Origin: Mobula hypostoma
Taxonomy: Eukaryota
DNA: 64,000 nucleotides
Direction: 5' to 3'
NCBI RefSeq assembly: GCF_963921235.1
Contig: NC_086101.1
Coordinates: 9,550,001 to 9,614,000, forward strand
The translations under genes were made by a program, and so were the position numbers. Below, one piece after another: positions 12,168-24,934 of this stretch. The stretch's first letter is position 1. The number at the start of each line of letters is the position of its first letter. The notes beneath the pieces are model-generated. The model was not told the origin of the DNA and searched no databases. It saw nothing but the letters and a program-made list of their open reading frames with translations.

Positions 12168-12270
12168 GAAGTCTGAACAAAGGAATGTTGTTTTTATACA
12201 GAAACTGATCAGTTGGAGATATATTGACCAATTGGTAACCTGGTGGAAATTTGCATAATCAATCACCAAT
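12165..12270 (-). promoter_or_regulatory. Pol II promoter-like module: CCAAT, octamer, CCAAT, TATA, Inr
   Basis: ATGCAAAT at 12256-12249, CCAAT at 12228-12235 and 12266-12270, TATAAAAA at 12198-12191, Inr near 12167. Confidence 0.55.
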
Positions 12271-12282
12271 CGCACTACAAAG

Positions 12283-13537
12283 CAACACACATAAAAGTTG
12301 CTGGTGAACGCAGCAGGCCAGGCAGCATCTCTAGGAAGAGGTACAGTTGGCGTTTCGGGCCGAGACCCTTCGTCAGCACTAACTGAAAGAAGAGATAGTA
12401 AGAGATTTGAAAGTGGGAGGGGGAGGGGGTGATCCAAAATGATAGGAGAAGACAGGAGGGGGAGGGATGGAGCCAAGAGCTGGACAGGTGATGGGCAAAA
12501 GGGATGCAAGAGGATCATGGGACAGGAGGTCCGGGAAGAAAGACAAGGTGGGGGGGGGACCCAGAGGATGGGCAAGGGGTATATTCAGAGGGACAGAGGG
12601 AGGAACAGGAGAGTGAGAGAAAGAATGTCTGTATAAAAATAAGTAACAGATGGAGTACGAGGGGGAGGTGGGGCATTAGCGGAAGTTAGAGAAGTCAATG
12701 TTCATGCCATCAGGTTGGAAGCTACCCAGACGGAATATAAGATGTTGTTCCTCCAACCTGAGTGTGGCTTTATCTTTACAGTAGAGGAGGCCGTGGATAG
12801 ACATGTCAGAATGGGAATGGGATGTGGAATTAAAATGTGTGGCCACTGGGAGATCCTGCTTTCTCTGGCAGACAGAGCGTAGGTGTTCAGCAAAGCGGTC
12901 TCACAGTCTTTGCTCTGTCCACCAGAGAAAGCAGGATCTCTCAGTGGCCACACATTTTAATTCCACATCCCATTCCCATTCTGACATGTCTATCCACGGC
13001 CTCCTCTACTGTAAAGATGAAGCCACACTCAGGTTGGAGGAACAACACCTTATATTCCGTCTGGGTAGCCTCCAACCTGATGGCATGAACATCGACTTCT
13101 CTAACTTCCGCTAGGCCCCACCTTCCCCTCGTACCCCATCTGTTACTTATTTTTATGCACACATTCTTTCTCTCACTCTCCTTTTTCTCCCTCTGTCCCT
13201 CTGAATATACCTCTTGCCCATCCTCTGGGTCCCCACCCCCCTTGTCTTTCTTCCCGGACCTCCTGTCCCATGATCTTCTCGTATCCCCTTTTGCCTATCA
13301 CCTGTCCAGCTCTTGGCTCTATCCCTCCCCCTCCTGTCTTCTCCTATCATTTTGGATCTCCCCCTCCCCCTCCAACTTTCAAATCCCTTTCTCACTCTTC
13401 CTTCAGTTAGTCCTGAAGAAGGGTCTCAGCCTGAAACGTCAACTGCACCTCTTCCTAGAGATGCTGCCTGGCCTGCTGCGTTCACCAGCAACTTTTATGT
13501 GTGTTGCTTGAATTTCCAGCGTCTGCAGAATTCCTGT
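12283..13537. mobile_element. Penelope-derived fold-back element with about 600-bp inverted arms
   Basis: Arms about 12281-12878 and 12913-13507 are reverse complements; exact 13-bp TSD TCGCACTACAAAG at 12270-12282 and 13538-13550. Confidence 0.9.
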
Positions 13538-13559
13538 TCGCACTACAAAGAGCAGCTTT

Positions 13560-13872
13560 ATTTTATCACATGTAAATCGAAGCATTCAGTGAAATGCATA
13601 GCTTTGCCTCAACGACCAACACAGCTCGAAGAGTGTGCTGAGGGAAGCCTGCAAAATTCGCCACACTTCTGGTGTTGACATAGCATGCCCACAATTTACT
13701 GTCCCTAACCTGTCTGTCTTTGGAATGTGGGAGGAAATCAGAGCACCTAGAATGAACTGACATGGTCACTGGGAGAATGCACAAAGTCCTGACAGACAGA
13801 GGGCGAAATCGAGCCCTGAGTGGTCACAGGCACTGTAAAGCGATCGCACCAACTGCTGCACTAACGCGCCAA
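13560..13872 (-). mobile_element. tRNA-derived SINE (V-SINE/HE1-like)
   Basis: Same core as the copy at 4215. Confidence 0.6.
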
Positions 13873-14194
13873 CCCAAATAGAAAGGTATTAATAGCCAAT
13901 AAAATCTATATGTCAAACACCTATAATACTTCAGAATTAGGGAAGTAACTGTCTGAAGTTCAAAGTAAATTATTAAAGTACATATACGTCACTATATACT
14001 ACTTTCAGATTCGTATTTTTGCGGGCATTTAGAGGAAAATAAAGAAATACAATAGAATTTATGAAAAAGTATATATAAAAAAAGACTGACAAGCAACCAA
14101 TGTGCAAAAGAAGACAAATCATGTAAAAATTTAAACATGTAAATAATTAATACCGAGTTGTAAACATGTTTTATGTATTTATGCTTTTATTTTC

Positions 14195-14410
14195 TTTATT
14201 TAGAGATGCAGCATGGGCCCACAATACCCAATTACTCTCACACGAATAATTAACCTACTAACCATATGTTCCTGGAATGTGGGAGGAAACTGGAACACCC
14301 GGAGGAAACCCACACAGACATGGGGAAAATGTTCAAATTCCTCACAGTCAGCAGTGGGAATTGAAGCCCGATCGCTGGTGTTGTAAAGCGATACCCTAAC
14401 CAGTAAGCTG
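14195..14410 (-). mobile_element. tRNA-derived SINE (V-SINE/HE1-like)
   Basis: B-box-like CTTCAATTCCC and GTGGGTTTCCTCCGGGTG core. Confidence 0.65.
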
Positions 14411-14442
14411 CAAGGTAGAGTAAATGTCACTCTCGTATCCTT

Positions 14443-17400
14443 TAGAACATAGAATATAGGAATTTATAGCACATTTCAGGACCTTTGGCCCACAATGTTG
14501 TAACTTATTCTAGAGACTGCCTAGAATTTCCCTAGCGTGTGGGCCTCTGATTTTCAAAGCTCTGTGTACCTATCTAAGAGGCTCTTGAAAGACCCTATTG
14601 AATCGGCTTCCAACATTGCCGCTGGCAATGCATTCCACGCACCCACCACTCTCTGTGTGAAAAACTTACCCCTGACATCCCCCTGGTACCTATTTCCAAG
14701 CACCTTAAAACTGTGCCCCCTTGTGTTAGCCATTTCAGCCCTGGGAAAAAGCCTCTGGCTATCCACACGATCAATGCCCCTCATCATCTGATACACCTCT
14801 ATCAGGTCACCTCTCATCCTCCGTCACTCCAAGGAGAAAAGGCCAAGTACACTCAACCTATTCTCATAAGGTGCACTCTCCAATCCAGACAACATCCTTG
14901 TAAATCTCCTCTGCACTCTCTCTTTAGTATCCGCATCCTTCCTGTAGTGAGGTGACCAGAACTGTACAGAGTACTCCAAGTGGGGTCAGACCACAGTCTG
15001 ATACAGCTGTAACATTACCTCACCGCTCTTGAACTAATCCATGGTTGATGAATGCCAACAGACCATACACCTTCTTAACAACACTGCCAACCTGTGCAGC
15101 AGCTTAGAGTGTCCTATCGACACTGAACCCAAGATCACTCAAATCCTCCACACTGCCAAGAGTCTTACCATTTATATTATATTCTGTCTTTAAATTAGAA
15201 CTACCAAAATGAACCACTTTGCACTTATCTGGGTTGAATTCCATCTGCCATTTCTCAGCCCAGTTTTTCATCCTATCAATGTCTTGCTCTAACCTCTGAC
15301 ATCCCTCCACACTATCCACAGCACACCAACCTTTGTGTCATCAGCAAATTTACTAACCCGTCCCTCCACTTCTCCTTCCAGGTCATTTATAAAAATCACA
15401 TAGTAGAGGGGTCCCAGGACAGATCCCTGTGGAACACCACAGGTCACCGACCTCCATGCAGAATACAAACCATCTGCAACTACCCTTTGCCTTCTGTGGG
15501 GAAGCCAGTTCTGGATCCACAAAGTAAGGTCTCCTTGGATCCCATGCCTCCATACTTTCTGAAGGAGCCTTGCATAGGGAACCTTATCAAATACCTTGCT
15601 GAAATCCAGATGCACTACATCCACTGTTGTACCTCATCGATGTGTTTTTTTACACCCCCAAAGAATTCAATCAGGCTCATAAGGCACGACCTGTCCTTGA
15701 CAAAACCGTGCTGACTATCCCTAATCAGATTATGTCTCTTCAAATGCTCATAAATCCTGCCTCTCAGGATCTTCTCCAACAACTTGCTCACCACTGATAT
15801 CAGACTCCCTGCTCTATAATTTCCTAGGTTATCTCTACTCTCTTTCTTGAACACAGGAACAATATTTGCAACGCTCCAATTCTCCGGTACTTCTCCCATC
15901 CCTTCTCCCATCACTGGTGATTCACAGTAGCCTAGAGTATATCTTATCCGGTCCCTGTGACTAATCTGACTTAATGCTTTTCAAAAGCTCCAGCACATCC
16001 TCCTTCTTAAGTCTATACGCTCAAGCATTTCAGTCTACTATAAGTCATTCCCACAATTGCCAAGGTCTTTTTCCTTGGTGAATACTGAAGCAAGGTATTC
16101 ATTAAGTACCTCTGTGACCTTCTCCGACTCCATGCGCACGTTTCCACTGTCGCAGCTGATTGGTCCTATTCTCACATGGCTCATCCTCTTGTTCTTCACA
16201 TACTTCTAGAATGCCTTGGGGTTTTCCTTAATCCTGCTCACCAAGGCCTTCTCATGGCCCCCTCTGGCTCTCCTCATTCCATTCTTAAGCTCCTTCCTCA
16301 ACAATCTTGTAATTTTCTATGCAAACAACAGGAATTCTGCAGATGCTGGAAATTCAAGCAACACACATAAAAATTGCTGGTGAACGCAGCAGGCCAGGCA
16401 GCATCTCTAGGAAGAGGTGCAGTCGACCTTTCAGGCCGAGACCCTTCGTCAGGACCCTTACTCACTCTTCCTTCAGTTAGTCCTGACAAAGGGTCTCGGC
16501 CTGAAAGGTCGACTGCACCTCTTCCTAGAGATGCTGCCTGGCCTGTTGCGTTCACCAGCAACTTTTATGTGTGTTGCTTGTAATTTTCTATAGCTTGTTT
16601 CTTGAATCTTTTGTCAACTTTTCTTTTTTTCTTAACTAGATTTTCTACAACTTTTGTGGCCATGGTTCTTTAACCCTACCATCCTTTCCCTGACTCAATG
16701 GAACACATCTACGCAGAACACCATGCAAATGTTCCCTGAACATTTCCCACATTTCTGCGGTGCATTTCCCTGAGAATATCTGCTCCCAATTTATGCTCCC
16801 AAATTCATGCTCCCAAATTCCTACCTAATAGCATCATAATTTCCCCCTACCCCAATTAAATGTTTTCCCAAATTGTCTGCTCCTATCCCTCTCCAGTGCT
16901 ATGGTAAAGGAGATAGAGTTGTCGTCACTACCTCCAAAATGCTCTCCCTCCGAGAGATCTGACACCTGACCAGGTTCATTTCCCAATACCAGATCAAGTA
17001 CAGCCTCTCCTCCAGTTGGCTTATCTACATATTGTGTCAGGAAACCTTCCTGAACACACCTAACAAACCCCACCCCATCTAAACCCCTTGTGCTAAAGAG
17101 ATGCCAAGCTATATTAGGAAAGTTAAAATATCTCATCACAACAACCCTATTAATTTTGCACCGTTCCAGAATCTGCTTCCCTATCCGCTTCTCGATATCC
17201 TTATCTCTATTCGGGGGTGGGGGGGGGGGTTCTATAAAAACACCCGGTTGAGTTACTGCCCCTTTCCTGTTTCTGACTTCCACCCACACTGACTCAGTAG
17301 ACCGTCCCTCCATGACTTCCTCCTTTTCTGCAACTGTGACACCATCCCTGATTAGCAATGCCACACCCCACCTTTTTTGCCTCCCTCTCTGTTCTTTTTG

Positions 17401-17575
17401 AATCTTTTATAGCCTAGTACACTCAGCAGTCTTTCCTGCTCCTGAGACATCCAAGTCTCTGTAATGGCCACAATGTCATAAATCCATGTATTGATCTGCG
17501 CTCTAAGTTCATCCGCCTTATTTATGGTACTCCTTGCGTTAAAATAGACACATCTCAAACCATCAGACTGAATGC
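14443..17575 (-). mobile_element. CR1 LINE spanning most of ORF2 (APE endonuclease plus RT), decayed
   Basis: CVYFNARS..AITETW, LDLVLGNE, GVPQGSVLGP, FADDTK motifs and TTCTAT-type tail; stops and deletions. Confidence 0.93.
16323..16580. mobile_element. Short Penelope-derived hairpin insertion inside CR1
   Basis: 101-bp arms at 16355-16455 and 16480-16580 with a 24-nt loop; duplication CTTGTAATTTTCTAT at 16306-16320 and 16577-16591. Confidence 0.9.
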
Positions 17576-18089
17576 ATCTTTGCCGTCATGCTTTGTTTGC
17601 ATATTTATCTTATCTCCGTAAACCAATGGTTTCAGTCCCATGCTGAGCAAAGGAAAGCAATGTTCTTCAAAGGCCCCTCCGGCCTGCACACAATGTGTAA
17701 TCTGTTCCTGCACAGACATTACCTTAACCCTTACCTTGTCACGACTTCCCCAGAGTATAAGAAATAGAAGCAGGAGGGGGTGAGAGTGCATTCATCCACT
17801 TGTGACAACTTCTGTACAGTCACGCCCGACGCAACACACAACACAGAACAGTACAGCACAGATACGGGCCCACCATATTATGTACAGTAACTAGTAATTA
17901 AACATATAACTAATCCAATCCCTCCTGCCTACACAATGTCCACGTAGCTCCATCCTCTGTGCCCCAAGTGCTTTTATATGCCTCTGTTGTATCCGCCCCC
18001 ACCACCACCCCAGGCAGTGCTTTCCAGGCACCCTTTACTCCCTCTGTAACAAAACGTGTCTGCACATCTCCTTTGGAATATTAAACTAA

Positions 18090-19310
18090 GACGAACATGG
18101 CAACCTGTCTCAATGACTATCATCCAGTAGCACCTACATCCACTGTGATGAAGTGCTTTGAGATGTTGGTGATGAAACATATCACTTCCTGTCTGACAGG
18201 CAACTTGGGTCCGCTCCAACCTGCCTGTCATCACAACAGGTTAACAGCAGATGCCATTTCATTGGCCCTTCATTCAACCCTAGAACATCTGGAAGCGAAG
18301 AAATATACATCAGGATGTTCTTCATTGACTACAGCTCTGCATTCAACAGTACAATAACCTTGAAACCTTGAAACTAATTAATAAGCTTCAAGACCTCGGC
18401 CTCAATACCTCAATGTGCAACTGGATCCTGGATTTCCTCACTTGCAGACCCCGGTCAATTCGGATTGGCAACAACATCTCCTCCACAATCTCCATCAGCA
18501 CAGGTCTGTGGGCTTAGCCGCCTGCTCTACTTGATGTATACTTATGACTGTGAGGCTAAGCAGAGCTCCAGTGCCAGATTTAAGTCTGCTCACAACACCA
18601 CTGTCACTGGCCAAAGCAACAGTGACGAATTAGCACATGGAGGGAGATTGGAAATTCAGCGATCCACAACACCAACCTCTCACTCAATGTCAGCAAGACT
18701 GAGGAAATGATTATTGACTTCAGGAAGAGGAAACTGGAGGTCCATGAGCAGGTCCTCATCAGGAGATCTGAAGTAGGGACAGTCATCAACTTTAAATTCC
18801 TCAGTGTTATCATTTCAGAGAATCTGTCCGGGGTCCAGGACAAAACAGCCTTATGAAGAAGTCGTGACAGTGCCTCTACTTAGAAGTTCGCAACAGTTTG
18901 ACAAACTTCTATAGATGTGAGGTGAAGAGTATATTGACTGGTTGCATCATGACCTGATATGGGAACACCAATGCCCTCGTACACAAAAAACTACGAACAG
19001 TAGTGTATAATGCCCAGTCCATGATGTGTGAAGTTCTACTCATCATTGAGCACAGCTACACAGAGCACTGTCACAGAAAAGCCGCATCCTCATCAAGGAC
19101 CCCCACCGCTGAGCTCATTCTCTCTGCTGTCTTGTCACTGCTACCATCAGGATAAAAGCACAGGAACTTCAGGACCCATACCATCAGGTTCAGGAGAAGT
19201 TATTACCCCCATCAGGCTCTTGAACCAGAGGGGCTAACTTCACTTGTCCTATCACTGAACTGTTCCCACACCTATGGACTCACTTTGTCTCATGATCTTG
19301 ATATTTATTG
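18090..19310 (+). mobile_element. Rex1/Babar LINE, RT region to 3' end (decayed)
   Basis: CLNDYHPVAPTSTVMKCFE..V, DYSSAFN and CNWILDFLT motifs. Confidence 0.88.
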
Positions 19311-19569
19311 CTTCTGGCCCTGTCCTTATATTGACCAAACATCAGCGCATTCTTTGCTCTAGGACCCAGTCTCCATCGCCTCAATTCAGCCTGTTTCTGA
19401 CCTTTTCAATCTGGACCAGCGCTTAAATTGGCCAAACATTGGCTCTTGGGCCTGGGACCTGCTGTTTCATTTTGGCTGCAGTTCGGCTCCAGCAATGGCC
19501 AAACATTGTCTCATTCCTCACTCACAGGCCACAACCATCAGGTTCAGGAGAAGTTCACAGTCCTGCCAC

Positions 19570-19660
19570 CTTGATTCGTCACGAACCCACCACGCCACAA
19601 CTTTACAGCATCTTCAAGACTCAAGTTCACACCATAAAATGTCAGGTCGTACAGGTGGTT
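19570..19660 (-). CDS. Candidate exon, 91 nt: NHLYDLTFYGVNLSLEDAVKLWRGGFVTNQ
   Basis: Acceptor gttgtgctttag|AAC, donor AAG|gtggca; phase 0 to 1; globular-protein composition in a unique island. Confidence 0.55.
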
Positions 19661-20329
19661 CTAAAGCACAACTTCAAAAGGGAGATTACGGTCTATTTAT
19701 TGCAGTGATGGTTGTTGAGAAAAGATGCGATTGATAGAGTCATTAGCAGATTTCTTTGCTGCCAGTAAGACGTCACTGCGTCTCACCAGCACCATTTTAA
19801 AGCCTAACCAGATGTGCACTAATCAATGTTTAATAAGGTTGCAACATATCTTCCTGACCCTTGGGCTCATTTCCTTGACTAATAAATGCAAGCAACCCAT
19901 ACACCTTCTTTACCACCATATCGACCTGCCGGCCACTCTCCATAAGGCATAGAAACAAAATTAGGCCATTTGGCTGATCGCGTTTGCTCTGCCAGTCAGT
20001 CATGGCTGATTTATTTTCCATCTCAAACCCATGCTCCAGCCTTCTTTCCACAACCTTTAATGCCTTTACTAATCAAAAACATATTAACCCCTACCCTGTT
20101 AATAAACCTCCCAATGACTGGGCCTCCATAGCCATCTGTGGCAATGAATTCCACAGATTCACCACCATCTGGCTACAGAGCCAGGGAATTCGACTCCAAG
20201 ATAAGGTCCTGACATTAACTGTGCATTGTCCCTGTACAAGTGGTCTTCCAAAGTGTGGCCCCTCACAGCTGGCTTGATTAAACACCAGCTTCCATTTCTC
20301 CGCCCTGATATTTGACATACTTAAGTCCA

Positions 20330-22585
20330 ACACATTGAAATTTGACAGGAAAAGTATAAAATCCAATGTGTCAGAATGTCAGTGGAATAAAGGAAATTAC
20401 AATGGCATGAGAGGGGAGCTGGCCGAAGTTGAGTGGAAAGGACATTTGCAGGAAGGACAGCAGAAATGGCTGGAGTTTCTGTGAAAAATGAGGGAAGTGC
20501 AAGACAGATATATTCCAAATAAGAATAAATTTTCAAAGGGAAGAAGGACACGACTGTGGCTGACAACTGAAGTCAGAACCAAAGTTAAATCAAAAGAGAG
20601 GGCATACAAGGAAGCCAGAGCTAGTGGGAAGATAGAGGATTGGGGAGATTGTAAAAACTTGCAGCAGGAAACTAAGAAGGTTATTCGGAAGGAAAAGATG
20701 AATTATGAGAGGAAGCCAATGACTAATATCAAAGACGATACTAAAAGCTTTTTAAAGTATATAAAGGGTAAACAAGAGTCAAGGGTAGATATAGGACCAA
20801 TATAAAATGACTCTGGAGATATTGTAATGAGAGATGCAGAGATGGCAGAGGAACTGAATGTGTATTTTGCATCAGTCTTCACAGTGGAAGATGTATGCAG
20901 TATACCGGACATTCAAGAGTGTCAGGGAAGTGAAGTTTCTGCAGTGAAAATTACGACTGAGAAGGTGCTCAGGAAGCTTAATGGTCTGAGGGTGGATAAA
21001 TCTCCTGGACCTGATGGAATGCAGCCTTGGGTTCTGAAGGAAGTAGCTGGAGAGATTGCGGAGGCATTAATGATGATCTTTCAAGAATCGCTAGATTTTG
21101 GCATTGTACCAGATGACTGGAAAATTGTATATGTTACACTGCTATTTAAGAAGGGTAGGAAGTAGCAGAAAGGAAACTATAGACCTGTTAGCCTAGCATC
21201 AGTGGTTGGGAAGTTGTTGGAATCGATTGTTATGGATGAGATTATGGAGTACCTGGAGGCACATGATAAGATAGGCCAAAGCCAACATGGTTTCCTGAAA
21301 GGAAAATCCTGCCTGACAAACCTACTGCAATTCTTTGAGGAATTTACAAGCAGGGTGGACAAGGGAGATGTAGTAGATGTGGTGTACTTGGTTTCTCAGA
21401 AGGCCTTTAACAAGATGCTGCACATGTGGCTGCTTAGTAAGATAAAGCCCCATGGAATTACAGGGAGGTTACTAGCATGGGTGGAGCATTGGCTGTCGGC
21501 AGAAAACAGAAAGTGGGAATAAAGGGATCCTATTCTGGCTGGCTGCCAGTTACCAGTGGAGTTCCGCAGGGGTCGGCGTTGGGATCGTTGCTTTTTACAA
21601 TGTACGTCAATGATCTGCAGTATAGTATAAATAGATTTGTGGCTAAATTTGCCAATGATACAAAGATAGGTGGAGGAGCGGGTAGTGTTGAGGAAACAGA
21701 GGGCTTGCAGAGAGACTTAGATAGTTTAGGGGAATGGGCAAAGAAGTGGCAAATGAAATACAATGTTGGAAAGTGTATGGCCATGCACTTTGGTGGAAGA
21801 AATAAATGAGCAGACTATTATTTAGATGAGGAGAGAATTCAAAATGCAGAGATGCAAAGGGACTTGGGAGTCCTTGTGCAGGATACCCTGAATGTTAACC
21901 TCCAGGTTGAGTCGATTGTGAAGAAGGCGAATGCAATGTTGGTATTCATTTCTAGAGGTAGAGAATATAAGAGCAGGGATGTGATGTTGAGGCTCTAAAA
22001 GGCACTTGTGAGACCACACTTGAAGCATTGTGTGTAGTTTTGGGCTCCTTATTTTAGGAAGGATATACTGACATTGGAGAAGGTTCAGAGAAGATTCACG
22101 AGAATGACTCCAGGAATGAAAAGGTTACGGTATGAGGGATGTCTGGCAGCTCTTGGGCTGTATTCCCTGGATTTCAGGAGAATGGGAGGGGGGATCTCAT
22201 AGAAACATTCCAAATGTTAAAAGGCCCGAACAGATTAGATATGGCAAAGTTATTTCCCATGGTAGGGAATTCTGGAGCAGGAGGGCATGACTCCAGGATT
22301 GAAAAACCTCCTTTTAGAATTGAGATGCAGAGAAATTACTTCAGTCAGAGGGTGGTAAATCTGTAGAATTTGTTGCCACAAGCATCTGTGGAGGCCAAGT
22401 CATTAGGTGTATTTAAGGCAGAGATAGATAGGTTCTTGATTGGCCAGAGCATCAAAGGGTATGGGGTGAAAGCAGGGGAGTGGGGATGACTGGAAGAATT
22501 GGATCAGGCTATGATTCAATGGCTGAGCCAACTTGATGGGCTGAATGGCCTACTTCTGCTCCTATATCTTATGGTATTACGGTCT
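20330..22585 (+). mobile_element. CR1 LINE ORF2 (RT) to 3' tail
   Basis: YFASVFT, KSPGPDG, SQHGFLKGKSCLTNLL, GVPQGS and FANDTK motifs; stops and frameshifts. Confidence 0.93.
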
Positions 22586-22604
22586 GACAACATATAATCA
22601 GAGA

Positions 22605-23005
22605 TGACCTCCAACCTGATGTCCTGATTTCTCTAACTTTTGGTAATTTTTCCTCTTTCACTTCCCTCCTCGTCCATTCCTTTTCTTACCTCTTCCTCTC
22701 TCCTCACCTGCAGATCACTTCCCCCTAATGTTCCTCCTTTCCTTTCTCCCAGGGTCCATTCTCTTCCCCTAATAGATTCCTTCCTCTCCAGTCCTTTACC
22801 TTTTTTATCCATCGCCCCTCCCCACCCACCTGGTCTCACCTGTCACCTGTCGGCTTGTACTCCTTCCCCTCCCCCACCTTCTTATTCTGGCTTCTTCCCC
22901 TTCCTTTCCGGTCCTGGCGAAGGGTCACTGCCTGATACGTCGAATGTTTATTGCTTTCCATCGATGCAGCGTGACGACTGAGTTCCTCCAGTATTTTGTG
23001 TGCTT
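22605..23005 (+). mobile_element. Penelope 3' remnant (old)
   Basis: CTCCAACCTGAT, pyrimidine tract and degenerate hammerhead motif near 22910-22945. Confidence 0.65.
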
Positions 23006-23759
23006 TATCTATCTGCTTATCAATCTGTCTGTCTATCTATCTGTCTATCTTTGTATTTGCACAGGCTGTCTTCTTTTGCAGATTGGTTTTTGCGGTGGTT
23101 TTTCATTGATTCTATTGTGTTTAGTTGTTTACTCGTGAATGCCTGCAGGAAACTGAATCTCAGAAAATGAATATGGTGTCATATAAGTACATTTACTCTG
23201 AATGTTAAACATTGAACTGGGGAGAAAACGTCGCCCGGGTGACTGCGAGCAGCAGCAGTTTCGGGCTCTGTCCTCAGTTGCACTCACGGAGACGGGAGCA
23301 GGAAGCTGTCGCTGCGAACCGGTATCGGACGTGAGGGAACGTTCTCACTTCCTTCCATCGCCTTCAGTGCAGCCCTCCAGCAAGGTGGAGGCCAGTGGAA
23401 TCTTTGGGGAGTTTGAGGCAGTGGGGGGAACGGAAACCTGTGCTTCACTGACACATCACAAGCTCGTATCAATTGGAAAACAACCACGAAAGAACCAAGT
23501 GATCCGGTTTCCACCCACGTCCTAGAGGAGGAGAAGGCATGATGGGCTGAATGGCCATTTCTGCTCCTGTGTCTTATGATCTATAGCTTAAAACTAATAG
23601 AACTACGATCACTGACCCCTGAAGTTCTTCTTCACTGTCAACTGACCTACCCCAGAGTAGGTTAAACTTTGGTCTGTCCTGGGTAGGGTCCTCATTATAT
23701 TGCTCGATGAATGTATCCTGAGCAAATACCGCATTATCTAAGCCTTTAAGATTATGATG

Positions 23760-24042
23760 TGTGGGCACGTGGCCAAGTGGTTAAGGCATTGGACTAGCGA
23801 TCTGAAGGTCGTGAGTTCGAGCCCCAGCCGAGGCAGCGTGTTGGGTCTTTGAGCAAGGCAGTTAACCATACAGTGCTCAGAGATGACACTGGTGCCAAGC
23901 TGTATCGGCCCTTGGACACATTGGGAGACTTTCAGCAAGGGCAACTGCCGGTCTTCCATACAACCTTGCCCAGGCCTGCGCCCTAGAGAGTGAAGACTTT
24001 CCAGTCGCAGATCCATGGTCTTACAAGTCTAACGGATGCCTT
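23760..24042 (+). mobile_element. tRNA-derived SINE
   Basis: A box TGGCCAAGTGG, B box GTTCGAGCC; TSD AAGATTATGA at 23748-23757 and 24045-24054; homologous to 28968-29275. Confidence 0.85.
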
Positions 24043-24109
24043 TCAAGATTATGACAGTCCCAGTATATGTAAATAAAGTTAAAATCCCCTGTGATAATCC
24101 CTCAGAGTT

Positions 24110-24520
24110 GCAATGAGCATCTGATTAGGATAGGCTATGCGAGCTAGGGCTTTTCTCTTTGGAGCATAAGAGGATGGGAGATGAATTGATAGAGGTTTAC
24201 AGGATGATAAGAAGAATAGATCGAGTGGACAGTCATATACATCGTCCCAGGACGGAAATGGTTAAAGCAGGTGTAATTTTTTTCAACATACAGGGGAGAT
24301 GTCAGAGGTAGGATTTTTACACAGAGAGTGGGAGGTGTGTGGAACAGGAAGTATCCAGTAAAGTGACCACTGAATGTGGATAGATACGTGGCTGATAGAG
24401 AATAGAGAGTTTTATGGGAGGAAAGGGTTAGATTGATCTTGGACTCAGTTGAAAGGTTGGTACAACATTGTGGACTGAAAGGCCTGTACTGTTCTAGAGC
24501 ATATTCTATGTCCTATGACA
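24110..24520 (+). mobile_element. CR1 3' fragment
   Basis: LGLFSLE...LIEVYRM motif and 3' tail. Confidence 0.75.
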
Positions 24521-24934
24521 ACCCATCTCTAAACCCAACCCAACCCATCCCTGTATGTTTGTTGCCAGTGTAGAGAGAGCAGAGCAGTGGGCTGAAGACT
24601 CAGCTTTACGGGGCACCAGCGTTGAAGATATTTGTGGCAGAGATGTTGCTGCCTGTCATTGCTGGCTGCGGTCTGTTGGTCAGGAAGTCGAGAATCCCGT
24701 TGCAGAGGGAGGTGAGGGTTAGATTTCGGCAAGCGGCTGCCATCGAGAAAGGACCAAACCTCAAGGAGCGGCTCTCAATTCGAAAAGGGCAAATGGTTCC
24801 TTTCAAGTCCGGCTGATGATTTAAATGTGGCGAGTTAGGTACAGTCCCCACCCTTCACTGACAGAAGCTGAGGCAACTGCGGCTCACAATCAGAAACACA
24901 GAATACTGCAGTAGAACACTGCTGGCGCTTCTGC

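Noticed and set aside
12078..12172. Internal coding exon with an in-frame TGA read as selenocysteine
   Set aside because: No SECIS recognised, and the upstream TATA/Inr explains it better as a 5' UTR exon.
17735..17791. Leader-like MHSHPLLLLFLILWGSRDK with a strong donor (minus strand)
   Set aside because: Phase 0 does not fit the next candidate exon, and the hydrophobicity follows from a pyrimidine run.
23287..23430. Possible minus-strand exon ending CC|gtgagt
   Set aside because: Weak acceptor; phase incompatible with the 31734-19660 junction.
23760..23835. tRNA gene (also at 28968)
   Set aside because: tRNA-like head of a SINE with body and TSD.
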